From a virus (Duplodnaviria; Caudoviricetes), in IMG/VR virus record IMGVR_UViG_3300030330_000631, positions 1-26,310 of that record: a stretch of 26,310 nucleotides of DNA; one strand, written 5' to 3'. Positions 14,428 through 23,332 of this stretch are shown here, in pieces. The number at the start of each line of letters is the position of its first letter. The stretch's first letter is position 1. The notes beneath the pieces were generated by a model. It saw only the letters and a list, made by a program, of their open reading frames with translations. It did no database searches and had not been told where the DNA came from. Both the position numbers and the translations under genes were made by a program.

Positions 14428-15145
14428 AGAACAACAAACAGAAACTACTGAGCAAACAACTAATGAAACAATAGAAGTACCTCAGGAGTATGCAGATGAA
14501 AGACCAAATTGGTTACCAGAAAAATTTAAAACACCAGAAGATATGGCTAATTCTTACTCTAATCTTGAAGCTAAGATTGGACAAAAAGAAGAAGATATAC
14601 GATCTGCTGTAATGAAAGAAATGGAAGAAACTGCTTTCTCCGAAAGACCAGCTACTTCTGATGATTATATATTGCCTGAGTCTATCGATTTAGATCAAGC
14701 CGCAGATAATAAATTATTAAACTGGTGGGCTGAACATTCTTATGAAAATGGCTTCTCTCAAGAAGAGTTTCAAAAAGGTATAGAAGCATTTAAAGATTCA
14801 ATGGATGATGGCTATAATGCTGAAACAGAGATGGAGCAGTTAGGTGATAATGCAGAAGATCGTGTTGAAGCTGTTGGATTATTTGTACAGCAAAACTTTC
14901 CAGAAGAAGTTAGAGATGCTGTAGATAGTTTATGTGCTACAGCAAATGGTATTAAAGCTATGGAAATAATTATGAACAATATGAAGCAGACTCCTGTTAA
15001 TGGATCATCTTCTCCCACTGCTGTTCTAACAGAAGACAAGTTGCGAGAGATGATGAACGACCCTCGTTATTTTAATCCTAGCCAAAGAGACGCTGGTTTT
15101 GTTAGGATGGTAGATGACGGTTTTAAAAAGATGTATAACAAATGA
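14420..15145 (+). CDS. Capsid assembly scaffolding protein (T7 gp9-like)
   Basis: Acidic; RP.WLPEKF....DMA.SY..LE.K.G; C-terminal MM.DPRY. Confidence 0.85.
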   Translation: MSEEQQTETTEQTTNETIEVPQEYADERPNWLPEKFKTPEDMANSYSNLEAKIGQKEEDIRSAVMKEMEETAFSERPATSDDYILPESIDLDQAADNKLLNWWAEHSYENGFSQEEFQKGIEAFKDSMDDGYNAETEMEQLGDNAEDRVEAVGLFVQQNFPEEVRDAVDSLCATANGIKAMEIIMNNMKQTPVNGSSSPTAVLTEDKLREMMNDPRYFNPSQRDAGFVRMVDDGFKKMYNK

Positions 15146-15701
15146 CAAAGAAAAAAGTAAAAAAGCCAATAAAATATTGACTTATATCAAAAGAGGTAAC
15201 CTTGAGTTTCGACCATGTGTTATTTCTGATGTTGATATTATTGTCGATAATATGCGCCTACCTGATATCAGAGAGTGTGCATTGGTTGGGGTATCACCAA
15301 AGTTAGCCCTTCATGTTCCTTTTGTAGAAGATGGAGCAAGAGGATTTACTATTTGCCATAATAATAAACCTATAGCTATGTGTGGTATAACACCTATGGA
15401 TAAGTATATGCATACTGGCAAGATATGGTTTCTTGGTACTGATGATGTAGATAAAATATGGAAATCTTTTTATAAACACTCTAAGTTAATACTTAGTTTC
15501 TTGTCTATTGACTATGATGTAGTAGAAAATTATGTACCAATAGATCATCATAAAACTATCAGATGGCTAAAATGGATAGGCTTTGAGGTAGAAAATCAAC
15601 AATATTTCATAGATCATCATGAGTTTGTTAGAGTTTTCTATTGCAATTTAAATAAATTTGAGTCTAATAATAGATTAAGTGAAAGACCCGTACTGCATTA
15701 G
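15114..15701 (+). CDS. T7 gp13-like / GNAT-fold protein (start uncertain)
   Basis: NMR..D..EC, AMCG, G.IWFLGT, VENYV......TIRWLKWIGF motifs. Confidence 0.7.
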   Translation: MTVLKRCITNDKEKSKKANKILTYIKRGNLEFRPCVISDVDIIVDNMRLPDIRECALVGVSPKLALHVPFVEDGARGFTICHNNKPIAMCGITPMDKYMHTGKIWFLGTDDVDKIWKSFYKHSKLILSFLSIDYDVVENYVPIDHHKTIRWLKWIGFEVENQQYFIDHHEFVRVFYCNLNKFESNNRLSERPVLH

Positions 15702-15748
15702 AGAAGCCCACTACGGACAACTTTGTTGAAAAATGCACAGGACAATCT
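15684..15748 (+). promoter_or_regulatory. Structured capsid-gene leader with two nested ACAA-bulge motifs
   Basis: AGA-CC...GG-ACAA-TCT encloses TGCATT/AATGCA, which encloses GAAG-CC-CACTAC-GG-ACAA-CTTT. Confidence 0.5.
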
Positions 15749-15786
15749 GAATCGTAAATTGAAACTCTAACTAATGAGGTGCTTAA

Positions 15787-16599
15787 ATGGCTAATACTAT
15801 TGACACAGCCTTTATCAAGCAGTTCGAGTCTGAAGTTCACCTTGCTTATCAGCGTATGGGTTCTAAACTAAGGAACACTGTGCGTATGGCAAACAATGTG
15901 ACTGCAAGTGTTGTACGCTTTCAGAAGATTGGAACTGGAACTGCGAGTACCAAGTCTAGAAATGGTCTTGTTACTCCAATGGAACTAGCGCATACAACTG
16001 TTGAAGCGACAATGAGTGACTTCTATGCCGCAGAATATATCGACAAGTTGGATGAGTTAAAAATCAATATCAATGAGCGACAAGCTGTTGCAACTTCGGC
16101 GGCGGCGGCACTTGGTCGTAAAACTGATGAACTCCTATACACAGCTATGGATAGTGGTGCTAATTCAACTCAAATACATGATACAAGTTCAGCTCTTGAA
16201 AAAGCTGATTTGCTTTCATTATTTGAAACATTTGGTACTGCTAATATTCCAGAAGATGGCAATAGGTATCTTGCAATGCATCCAAAGGGATATGCTGACT
16301 TGTTTAATATAACTGAGTTTGCATCATCTGACTTTGTTGGTGAGCAAAATCTACCCTTTGCTGGTGGAATGTCCATGAAGGAATTTCTTGGTTTCAAGAT
16401 ATTCTCAACTGCCGCTATTACAGCTGGTAAGAATATGGCGTACCATACATCTGCTATAGGATTAGGTATTAACTCTGATGTTCAGACAGAGATTAACTAT
16501 ATCGCTGAAAGAGCATCACATCTTGCAACATCTATGATGTCAATGGGTGCTGTTGTTATTGACGACAATGGTATCTATGAAGTCTTAGATAACAATTAA
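15787..16599 (+). CDS. Major capsid protein
   Basis: AFIKQF..EVH.AYQ..GSKLR.TV, ID.LDELK and A.ALGRKTD motifs of BPP-1/T7-like capsids; GAGGT SD. Confidence 0.92.
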   Translation: MANTIDTAFIKQFESEVHLAYQRMGSKLRNTVRMANNVTASVVRFQKIGTGTASTKSRNGLVTPMELAHTTVEATMSDFYAAEYIDKLDELKININERQAVATSAAAALGRKTDELLYTAMDSGANSTQIHDTSSALEKADLLSLFETFGTANIPEDGNRYLAMHPKGYADLFNITEFASSDFVGEQNLPFAGGMSMKEFLGFKIFSTAAITAGKNMAYHTSAIGLGINSDVQTEINYIAERASHLATSMMSMGAVVIDDNGIYEVLDNN

Positions 16600-16613
16600 T
16601 AGGAGGTATTGAA

Positions 16614-16877
16614 ATGGCTTATAGTGCTAGTGGATTATCTCGATTGGCTGGTGCATCAAATCTTAACTTGTGGGCTTACACAACTACAGACGCTATTGGT
16701 ACTGTAAATACCGCTGGTTATTTTAATGATGCCGCGAACATGCTAGCTGTTCGAGATGTTATTATGGTTGCTGATACAAACACTCCTACGACACATTTTG
16801 TGACTGTTTTGTCAAATACTGGTAGTGTAGTAGATGTATCTGATGGTACAGCTATTGCCGAAACAGACGGCGACTAA
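16614..16877 (+). CDS. Small virion protein (putative capsid cement/decoration)
   Basis: Directly after the capsid gene; strong SD; Ala/Thr/Gly-rich, YTTTD....V...GYFN. Confidence 0.65.
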   Translation: MAYSASGLSRLAGASNLNLWAYTTTDAIGTVNTAGYFNDAANMLAVRDVIMVADTNTPTTHFVTVLSNTGSVVDVSDGTAIAETDGD

Positions 16878-17464
16878 TGACTTCAACTGCGGCAGATAGC
16901 GCAATAGATATTTCTAGTCGTGCTTTGATTCTGATAGGTGCTGAACCTATTACATCGTTTACCGATGGAACAACAGAATCTTTAGTGGCTTCGAATCTTT
17001 ATGAAGATATCTGCCGTAGTGCCTTATCTAATACAAGATGGCGATTTGCAACAGACCAACGAGTGTTAAATAGATTAACAGAAGCACCAACTGGTCGATA
17101 TGATTTTGCTTATCAATTACCATCCAATCATTTAATAACACATGCTGTTACAGTTAATGATTTGCCGATAGGTTATCAGATATATGGCGATATGGTATAT
17201 GCTGATACTTCTTCTCAGGATATTGTTATTGCTGATTTTACATTCAGACAAACAGAAGAAAACTTTCCAAGTTATTTTACTGTAGCTCTGCAATACGCAC
17301 TAGCATCTGCTTTTGCTACATCTATAGCTCGAGATGCAACATTGATGCAGTTAATGACAACTATGGCAGATCAGGCTATGCTCAAAGCAAGAAATATAGA
17401 TTCGCAACAGCAAACAACAAGAACAATACCACAGACTAGATTTGCTCTAACAAGGAGGAGTTAA
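16877..17464 (+). CDS. Tail tubular protein A / adaptor (T7 gp11-like)
   Basis: DI.SRAL..IGA.PI.SF, WRFA, YQLP and FP.YF motifs; synteny. Confidence 0.88.
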   Translation: MTSTAADSAIDISSRALILIGAEPITSFTDGTTESLVASNLYEDICRSALSNTRWRFATDQRVLNRLTEAPTGRYDFAYQLPSNHLITHAVTVNDLPIGYQIYGDMVYADTSSQDIVIADFTFRQTEENFPSYFTVALQYALASAFATSIARDATLMQLMTTMADQAMLKARNIDSQQQTTRTIPQTRFALTRRS

Positions 17465-19728
17465 TGCGTAAAGCAAAAATACCTCTTACCAATTTTCAGT
17501 ATGGTGAGTTAAGTCCTAGTCTTATATCAAGAACAGATACTAGAGTGTATAATGCTTCTGCTCAGAAAGTAGAAAACTTTTTTTTAAGAGCAGAGGGCGG
17601 TGTAATAAAACGCGCTGGATTATCTAAAATATTTGAATTTGATACAACTATTGATGATAGTAAAGTGCAACAGCATAGATTAGTTCCATTTATATTTTCT
17701 GATGATGAAAGATATATTGTATCTTTAGAGCATCAAAAAATAAGAGTATTTCAGATTGATACTAATAATGCAGTATCATTGGCAACTACAATTACGCAAG
17801 ATGCTAATAGTGCAACCCTACCTTTTACAAATGAAAATATACATCAGGTTACATACGCACAATCTGGTGATGTAATGTTTATTGCTCATCAAACATTCAT
17901 GGTAAGAAAACTTGTACGAACTGGATTAACATCGTTTCAAGTAGAAACAAAAACATTCGACACACAATCTGCTGGAGCAAAAATATACCAGCCATACTTT
18001 CAGTTCCAAGATCTTGGTGTTACATTAGATCCGTCAGCTAGTTCTGGTAATGGTATTACTCTAACTACAAGTGCCGCATATTGGGATACTACTGGATCAC
18101 AATCTGGAGGCAACTTTCCTGATTCCAAACATGTTGGAACTACTATTCGTTATCATGGTCAGGAAATAGAGATTACTTCTGTGCAATCCACTACACAAGC
18201 AACTGGTAATTGTTTAGCGACATTAAAGAAAAAATTAAAGGTAGATTCTTTTCGCACAGATAATGGAGTAGCGACAGTAACAGTAACATTAGTTAATCAT
18301 GGATTTTCTGCTAGTGATGCTTTTGTTATCTCTAATGCTGATACTGTTGGGGGTATAACTGCCAGTAATCTAAATGGTTCTCGAACTGTTTCAGAAGTTA
18401 TAGATGATAATACTTTTACATTTACAGCTGGTGGTAATGCTAATGATTCTACTGTGGGTGGAGGTACACCTTTCTTAGAAACACATGCACCAGCTACTAA
18501 TTGGTCAGAACAATCTTATTCTACACTAAGAGGCTTCCCTGGAGCTGTTACTTTTCATCAAAATAGACTGTGGTATGGAGGTACAATATCACAACCTGAT
18601 GGACTATGGGCTAGTAAGTCTAATGAGTTTTTTAATTTTGATACTGGTGAAGCGGCAGATAATGACTCTATAGATATTCGTGCATCTATTGGTGAAGTAA
18701 ATACAATTCGACATTTAGTATCAAATAGAGATCTTCAAGCCTTCACAACTACAGATGAATTTATTGTGCCAGCTTTTGTTGAAAAGCCTACAACCCCTAC
18801 AAATGCTACAATCAAAAGACAAACTTCTTTTGGTTCTTCTTTTGTGAAGCCTTTTGTTTATGATGGTGCAACAGTGTATGTGCAAGGATCAGGAGAGATA
18901 GTTCGAGAAATGCTTTTTGATGATGGTCAGCAAGCCTATACCGGTCAACCCATATCGAATCTTTCTTCACATCTTATTAAAAATCCTATTCAAGCAACTA
19001 CACTAGCTGGTGGTATTGATAGAGCAGAAAGCTATTATTTCTTAGTAGATGCTGATGGTACTCTAGCTATATTTAATTCTAATAGAGCAGAGCAAAGATA
19101 TGGCTGGACACAGTTTACGAGTCAAGGTTCTTTTCATTCTCTTTGCACAGTTGATACTAGGGTGTATGCTGTAGTTAAGTTTGATAAAGGTGGTGATACA
19201 AATAAATATATTCTCTGTGAGTTTGATAGTAGTTTTAATACTGATATGGCTAAAACATATTCTGGTAGTAACGGAGTCTTCTCCGTCAGCTCTGACTTTG
19301 CTAACGGTGCAGTCCTCGATGTGGTCAGTGGCACTCATTATCTTGGTCAGTTTACTGTGGCTAGTGGGAACATCGATGTATCGGCTGTGGACAATTCTCT
19401 TTCATCAGCAGAAATAGGATTTAAGTTTGATGTTACACTTACAACAAATCCTATTGATACAGCCACACAACAAGGAGTATTATCTGGTGAGCCAAGAAGT
19501 CTAAATAAAGTTATTGTAGATTTAAGTAATACTTTGTCTTGTTCTGTTAACAATAAAAACTTAATTATTAGACAAGTAACAGATGATTTAAGTCAAGCGC
19601 GAGTAGCAATTACTGGTAAGAAAGAATTTAGATTACTTGGATTTTCAAAAGATCCTCAAGTAACTGTAAGTCAATCTGCACCATTATCATTACAAGTTAA
19701 TTCAATTATAGCGGAGATTACATTTTAA
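17464..19728 (+). CDS. Tail tubular protein B / nozzle (T7 gp12-like)
   Basis: NF..GELSP, GG..KR.G, AQS.DVM..AH and GFP..VTFHQNRL motifs; 754 aa. Confidence 0.9.
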   Translation: MRKAKIPLTNFQYGELSPSLISRTDTRVYNASAQKVENFFLRAEGGVIKRAGLSKIFEFDTTIDDSKVQQHRLVPFIFSDDERYIVSLEHQKIRVFQIDTNNAVSLATTITQDANSATLPFTNENIHQVTYAQSGDVMFIAHQTFMVRKLVRTGLTSFQVETKTFDTQSAGAKIYQPYFQFQDLGVTLDPSASSGNGITLTTSAAYWDTTGSQSGGNFPDSKHVGTTIRYHGQEIEITSVQSTTQATGNCLATLKKKLKVDSFRTDNGVATVTVTLVNHGFSASDAFVISNADTVGGITASNLNGSRTVSEVIDDNTFTFTAGGNANDSTVGGGTPFLETHAPATNWSEQSYSTLRGFPGAVTFHQNRLWYGGTISQPDGLWASKSNEFFNFDTGEAADNDSIDIRASIGEVNTIRHLVSNRDLQAFTTTDEFIVPAFVEKPTTPTNATIKRQTSFGSSFVKPFVYDGATVYVQGSGEIVREMLFDDGQQAYTGQPISNLSSHLIKNPIQATTLAGGIDRAESYYFLVDADGTLAIFNSNRAEQRYGWTQFTSQGSFHSLCTVDTRVYAVVKFDKGGDTNKYILCEFDSSFNTDMAKTYSGSNGVFSVSSDFANGAVLDVVSGTHYLGQFTVASGNIDVSAVDNSLSSAEIGFKFDVTLTTNPIDTATQQGVLSGEPRSLNKVIVDLSNTLSCSVNNKNLIIRQVTDDLSQARVAITGKKEFRLLGFSKDPQVTVSQSAPLSLQVNSIIAEITF

Positions 19729-20171
19729 TGGATATTTTTTCAGCATTAGGTTTTGCAAGTTCTTTATTTGGTGCGGCGGCAACTATTGAAAGAGGTCGTG
19801 AGATTCGCCGACAGAAAGAAGCAGAAGCACAACAGTTAGAGCAAGAACGTAGACAAGCTGAGATTAATACACTCCAGCAACATAATGATTTACTAGCAGA
19901 ACTAGATCAGGCTGAAGATGTTAATAGAGCTACCTTTGCTTTTCTTAATAGAGATGATGATAATTCTGTTAGAGCCTTTAATGAAGCACAGACAGAGATA
20001 TCAGATAGAGATATTAGACGTATTGATGCACAAGGATTATATGCTAGTGAGCAGTTACGATTAAGAAGTGTTGGTGCTTTAAGAGCTGGTCGAGCCGCAG
20101 AGAGGGCGGCTAACCTAAATGCTATGGCTACTATATTCTCTGCATCATATAAGGCTACACAAACAGGATAG
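19728..20171 (+). CDS. Small internal virion (ejection) protein, gp14-like
   Basis: Hydrophobic Gly/Ala N-terminus, coiled-coil middle; position after the nozzle gene. Confidence 0.7.
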   Translation: MDIFSALGFASSLFGAAATIERGREIRRQKEAEAQQLEQERRQAEINTLQQHNDLLAELDQAEDVNRATFAFLNRDDDNSVRAFNEAQTEISDRDIRRIDAQGLYASEQLRLRSVGALRAGRAAERAANLNAMATIFSASYKATQTG

Positions 20172-20176
20172 TTATA

Positions 20177-23100
20177 ATGGTAGTACGACAGAAACAAAGA
20201 TTTAGAAATCAACAAATAGGTGTCATTCGTGCTGATATGTCAGTAGCAAATAGTCTTGCTGATATATCAAATAGCATGGAGCGTATATCTAATACAGCTT
20301 TTAGAGAAGCCGCAGTTCGAGCAGAAGAAAAAGGCAGAAAGTTTGTAGCTGATTTACCTGATAATCAAATCATGGGTATTGATGAAAAAGGTCAACCAGT
20401 CAATCTTCTAAATGATCTTAGAACATCTCTTTCTACTAAAGGCTATGGAACAATAGCCAAAAGAACTATCGAGCGTGAGATAAGAAGACGTTTTGCAACA
20501 GTTGCTAAAAATACTTATGTAAATAAAGCGGCAGAACTATCAGCTAAATATCGATTTCAGCCAACAAAATTTCAAGAAGAATTTTCTAACTTTCTCTTAA
20601 CACAAGCCCAGCCTTATGATGGAGAATATCGTAATGCAATATTAGATGGTGGAACTGCATATGGTGCGGCAGTCAAAAGCAATATTGTTAAAAACTCACT
20701 TATAAATCAGCAAAGAATATCCGCTGAGAACTGGTCAGTAGAAGCAGAAAAAACATATGCTAATGATTATGCGTTAGGAATAGCTAATCTCGGTAGCGAT
20801 ATTGCTGGTTTTGAAAATGTTATGAAAGAAGATCTTGCTCATAATGAAACTAAAAATATTGCTACTAATCTACAGTTTAATGGCGCACTTAAAATAAATG
20901 GTAATGGTTATACTAATACTAGGAAGTCAAACTATGGTCGGGGTGTTGTTATGGGATTTCACCAGCAACTACTTGATTCAGATCCTTTATTAGCAAATGA
21001 TTTACAGCGCGCTATTACGAATAAAAATAAAACACTTCGAGGACTAGATAAACTCAAAGAAAAATTAGGTGAAGAAGGTGTTAAACGTATATCAAAAGCT
21101 TTATCTTTTGTGGAAAACAATGGAGATATACTTGATCTTGAGCGATCTGTTACAAAACAAAAGGTAGTAGCATCTAATAGAAATTCTTTGATATCCGCTC
21201 AAGAATCAGAGATAGATGAAGCATTTCAAGAAACAGTATTACAAAACAATGAAGCTATTCAAAATGAATTACTAACACCAGATTTTACTGATCGATTTGA
21301 AAAAGAAATAAGTATAGCTAATGATTCTGTTGAGGTCGGTAAGATACTCGAGAGATTTATTAATGACACATACAGTAAAGGTCTTACTAAGCAAAAGATA
21401 ACTGTTGGTGATAGGACAATAGAAGCTAAGAACTCTCCTTTAACACAAATACAAGTAAGCGGAGTTATTGCAGATCTCCGTAAATCAGCAGAAACAGAAA
21501 TTGCATCTAGGCTTATAAACTCTACAAAAGATACTGCTGGTAATGTAAACCTTGTAAAAGCTAATAGAATAATAAGATATCTAGGTGATACTGACGTTAG
21601 AAACTTAGCTGGTTTTTCTCAACCAGAGATTACTAGACTAAGGCAGTTTGAAGACTTTACATCTTTACCAAGAGAGGTTGTAGAAAAGATGTATCCATTT
21701 GGTCCACAGATACAGCCTTCACAATATTCTAAATCTATTCGAGCAAGTATTGCTAATAGTATGGCAAATATTATTGATGATATTACTTCAAACAAAGGCA
21801 TTACAGAAAAACAAGCGGCTACTCAATCATATTACAATCAATTAGGTAAAGGTGCTGTTATGATGGGTAATAGCACAAATTCTCAAAGAGAAAATGTAGA
21901 TGATTATGTTTTCGGAGATATTCCCAACTTACCTAAAGAGCAACGTCCTCGACTATATTTTGATCCCAGTTTTGTAACGAGTCCAGATTTTGCTGATGCA
22001 CGAACACGCATAGCACAACTGGTTATTAATCAAAATGCTATGCCAGAATCTTTAAGAAAATCAATGCAAGCTTTTGTTGCTGGAAATAATATTAATTCTC
22101 AACAATTTGCAGCTTATCGAACATTTATAAAAGGTTTTGTTGAAGATACAACATTTGATGAAAAAACTAATACTGTTGCTCAGAAGAATGTTTTTGCTAA
22201 TCACTCTGTAAATACTGAGGTTACATTTATTAAACAGCTTGAGGCGGCTATTGAAATAAATGGTGAGGAGAACGCTTTTTCTACATATCAAAAGTTTATT
22301 GAATTACAAAATGATAGAGAAAGACTTAATAATGCTATTACTGAAATATTTCAAAAAGAAGAAAAGTATGGAGGTAAATCTGGTCGTTCTCTAATGTTTG
22401 AGATTGTTGCAAGAAAAACTGGTGGTAGAAATACTGTACCTTATCGATTGCTAACTCAGCAAAATGGTGCGGCTCTTGATATGTATATATATAGAAAGCT
22501 ATCTACAAACAGAGGATTCGAATCTACAAAAGATTTTGGTAAGTTTATAGAACAAACACTAAAGCAAAGTTTTGGTAGTGGTGATGGGTTTATTCTTGAA
22601 TCACATATGATAAATGCCAGCGATGGTGAGAAGTTAACACGCTTTGCTCCTATGATTCTTTTTGGTGGTAATAAGGAATATGCAAAAGGTTTTAAAAAGT
22701 TTTCAGCAGATCAGGTTACTGTTTTAACTGATGGCAAGGTAAATCTTATTGCCGGAACAACAAATGGTTTTGGTGGGGATGATACACAGGTTGGTAACTT
22801 CTTTTCTCTTAGTCCTGTCACAGCAGAATCACAAGCACTGAAGGGATTTCTTATTCCTGAGAATGATGCTTCTATTGTACCTATTACTTCTCTTGATGAA
22901 GAAGAGTTTGAGATTCGAGAGCAGAATAAGATACGCACATCTTTTCTTTTATATGTATCCTACAACGGAGAGCTTGTGCCTTACATCCGTGAGATTAGTC
23001 CTAATGAAAGAGATTTTGTTCGTATATCTTTAAAAGATTATGCAAAGTTTAAGAACTTTGAAAAAGGTATTGTGATTCCAGCAGAAGCAATTACTCAGCC

Positions 23101-23332
23101 AGATGATAAGAGCTTCTTATCTATTGATCTAAATAAAGAAACACCAGCTGAAACAGAAGAAAGAAAACAAGAAGAACAAGATAAAATGGAATCTTTAGAA
23201 CTTCTTCAACAACAACTTATGACTCCAGGTGTTCTTGATAGCAAGAAATCTAAGCTGGTTGAAAGAATTATGCGTACACCAATGTCACCAGAAGCAAAAA
23301 TAAGAGAACTACAAAAGATTAGAGATCAATGA
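20177..23332 (+). CDS. Internal virion (ejection) protein, gp15-like
   Basis: 1051 aa, helical composition; second of three genes after the nozzle. Assignment is by synteny. Confidence 0.65.
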   Translation: MVVRQKQRFRNQQIGVIRADMSVANSLADISNSMERISNTAFREAAVRAEEKGRKFVADLPDNQIMGIDEKGQPVNLLNDLRTSLSTKGYGTIAKRTIEREIRRRFATVAKNTYVNKAAELSAKYRFQPTKFQEEFSNFLLTQAQPYDGEYRNAILDGGTAYGAAVKSNIVKNSLINQQRISAENWSVEAEKTYANDYALGIANLGSDIAGFENVMKEDLAHNETKNIATNLQFNGALKINGNGYTNTRKSNYGRGVVMGFHQQLLDSDPLLANDLQRAITNKNKTLRGLDKLKEKLGEEGVKRISKALSFVENNGDILDLERSVTKQKVVASNRNSLISAQESEIDEAFQETVLQNNEAIQNELLTPDFTDRFEKEISIANDSVEVGKILERFINDTYSKGLTKQKITVGDRTIEAKNSPLTQIQVSGVIADLRKSAETEIASRLINSTKDTAGNVNLVKANRIIRYLGDTDVRNLAGFSQPEITRLRQFEDFTSLPREVVEKMYPFGPQIQPSQYSKSIRASIANSMANIIDDITSNKGITEKQAATQSYYNQLGKGAVMMGNSTNSQRENVDDYVFGDIPNLPKEQRPRLYFDPSFVTSPDFADARTRIAQLVINQNAMPESLRKSMQAFVAGNNINSQQFAAYRTFIKGFVEDTTFDEKTNTVAQKNVFANHSVNTEVTFIKQLEAAIEINGEENAFSTYQKFIELQNDRERLNNAITEIFQKEEKYGGKSGRSLMFEIVARKTGGRNTVPYRLLTQQNGAALDMYIYRKLSTNRGFESTKDFGKFIEQTLKQSFGSGDGFILESHMINASDGEKLTRFAPMILFGGNKEYAKGFKKFSADQVTVLTDGKVNLIAGTTNGFGGDDTQVGNFFSLSPVTAESQALKGFLIPENDASIVPITSLDEEEFEIREQNKIRTSFLLYVSYNGELVPYIREISPNERDFVRISLKDYAKFKNFEKGIVIPAEAITQPDDKSFLSIDLNKETPAETEERKQEEQDKMESLELLQQQLMTPGVLDSKKSKLVERIMRTPMSPEAKIRELQKIRDQ

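Noticed and set aside
16590-16620. T7-style capsid frameshift or readthrough into the downstream small gene
   Set aside because: The capsid ends in tandem TAA TAG with no slippery heptamer nearby, and the next gene has its own strong SD.
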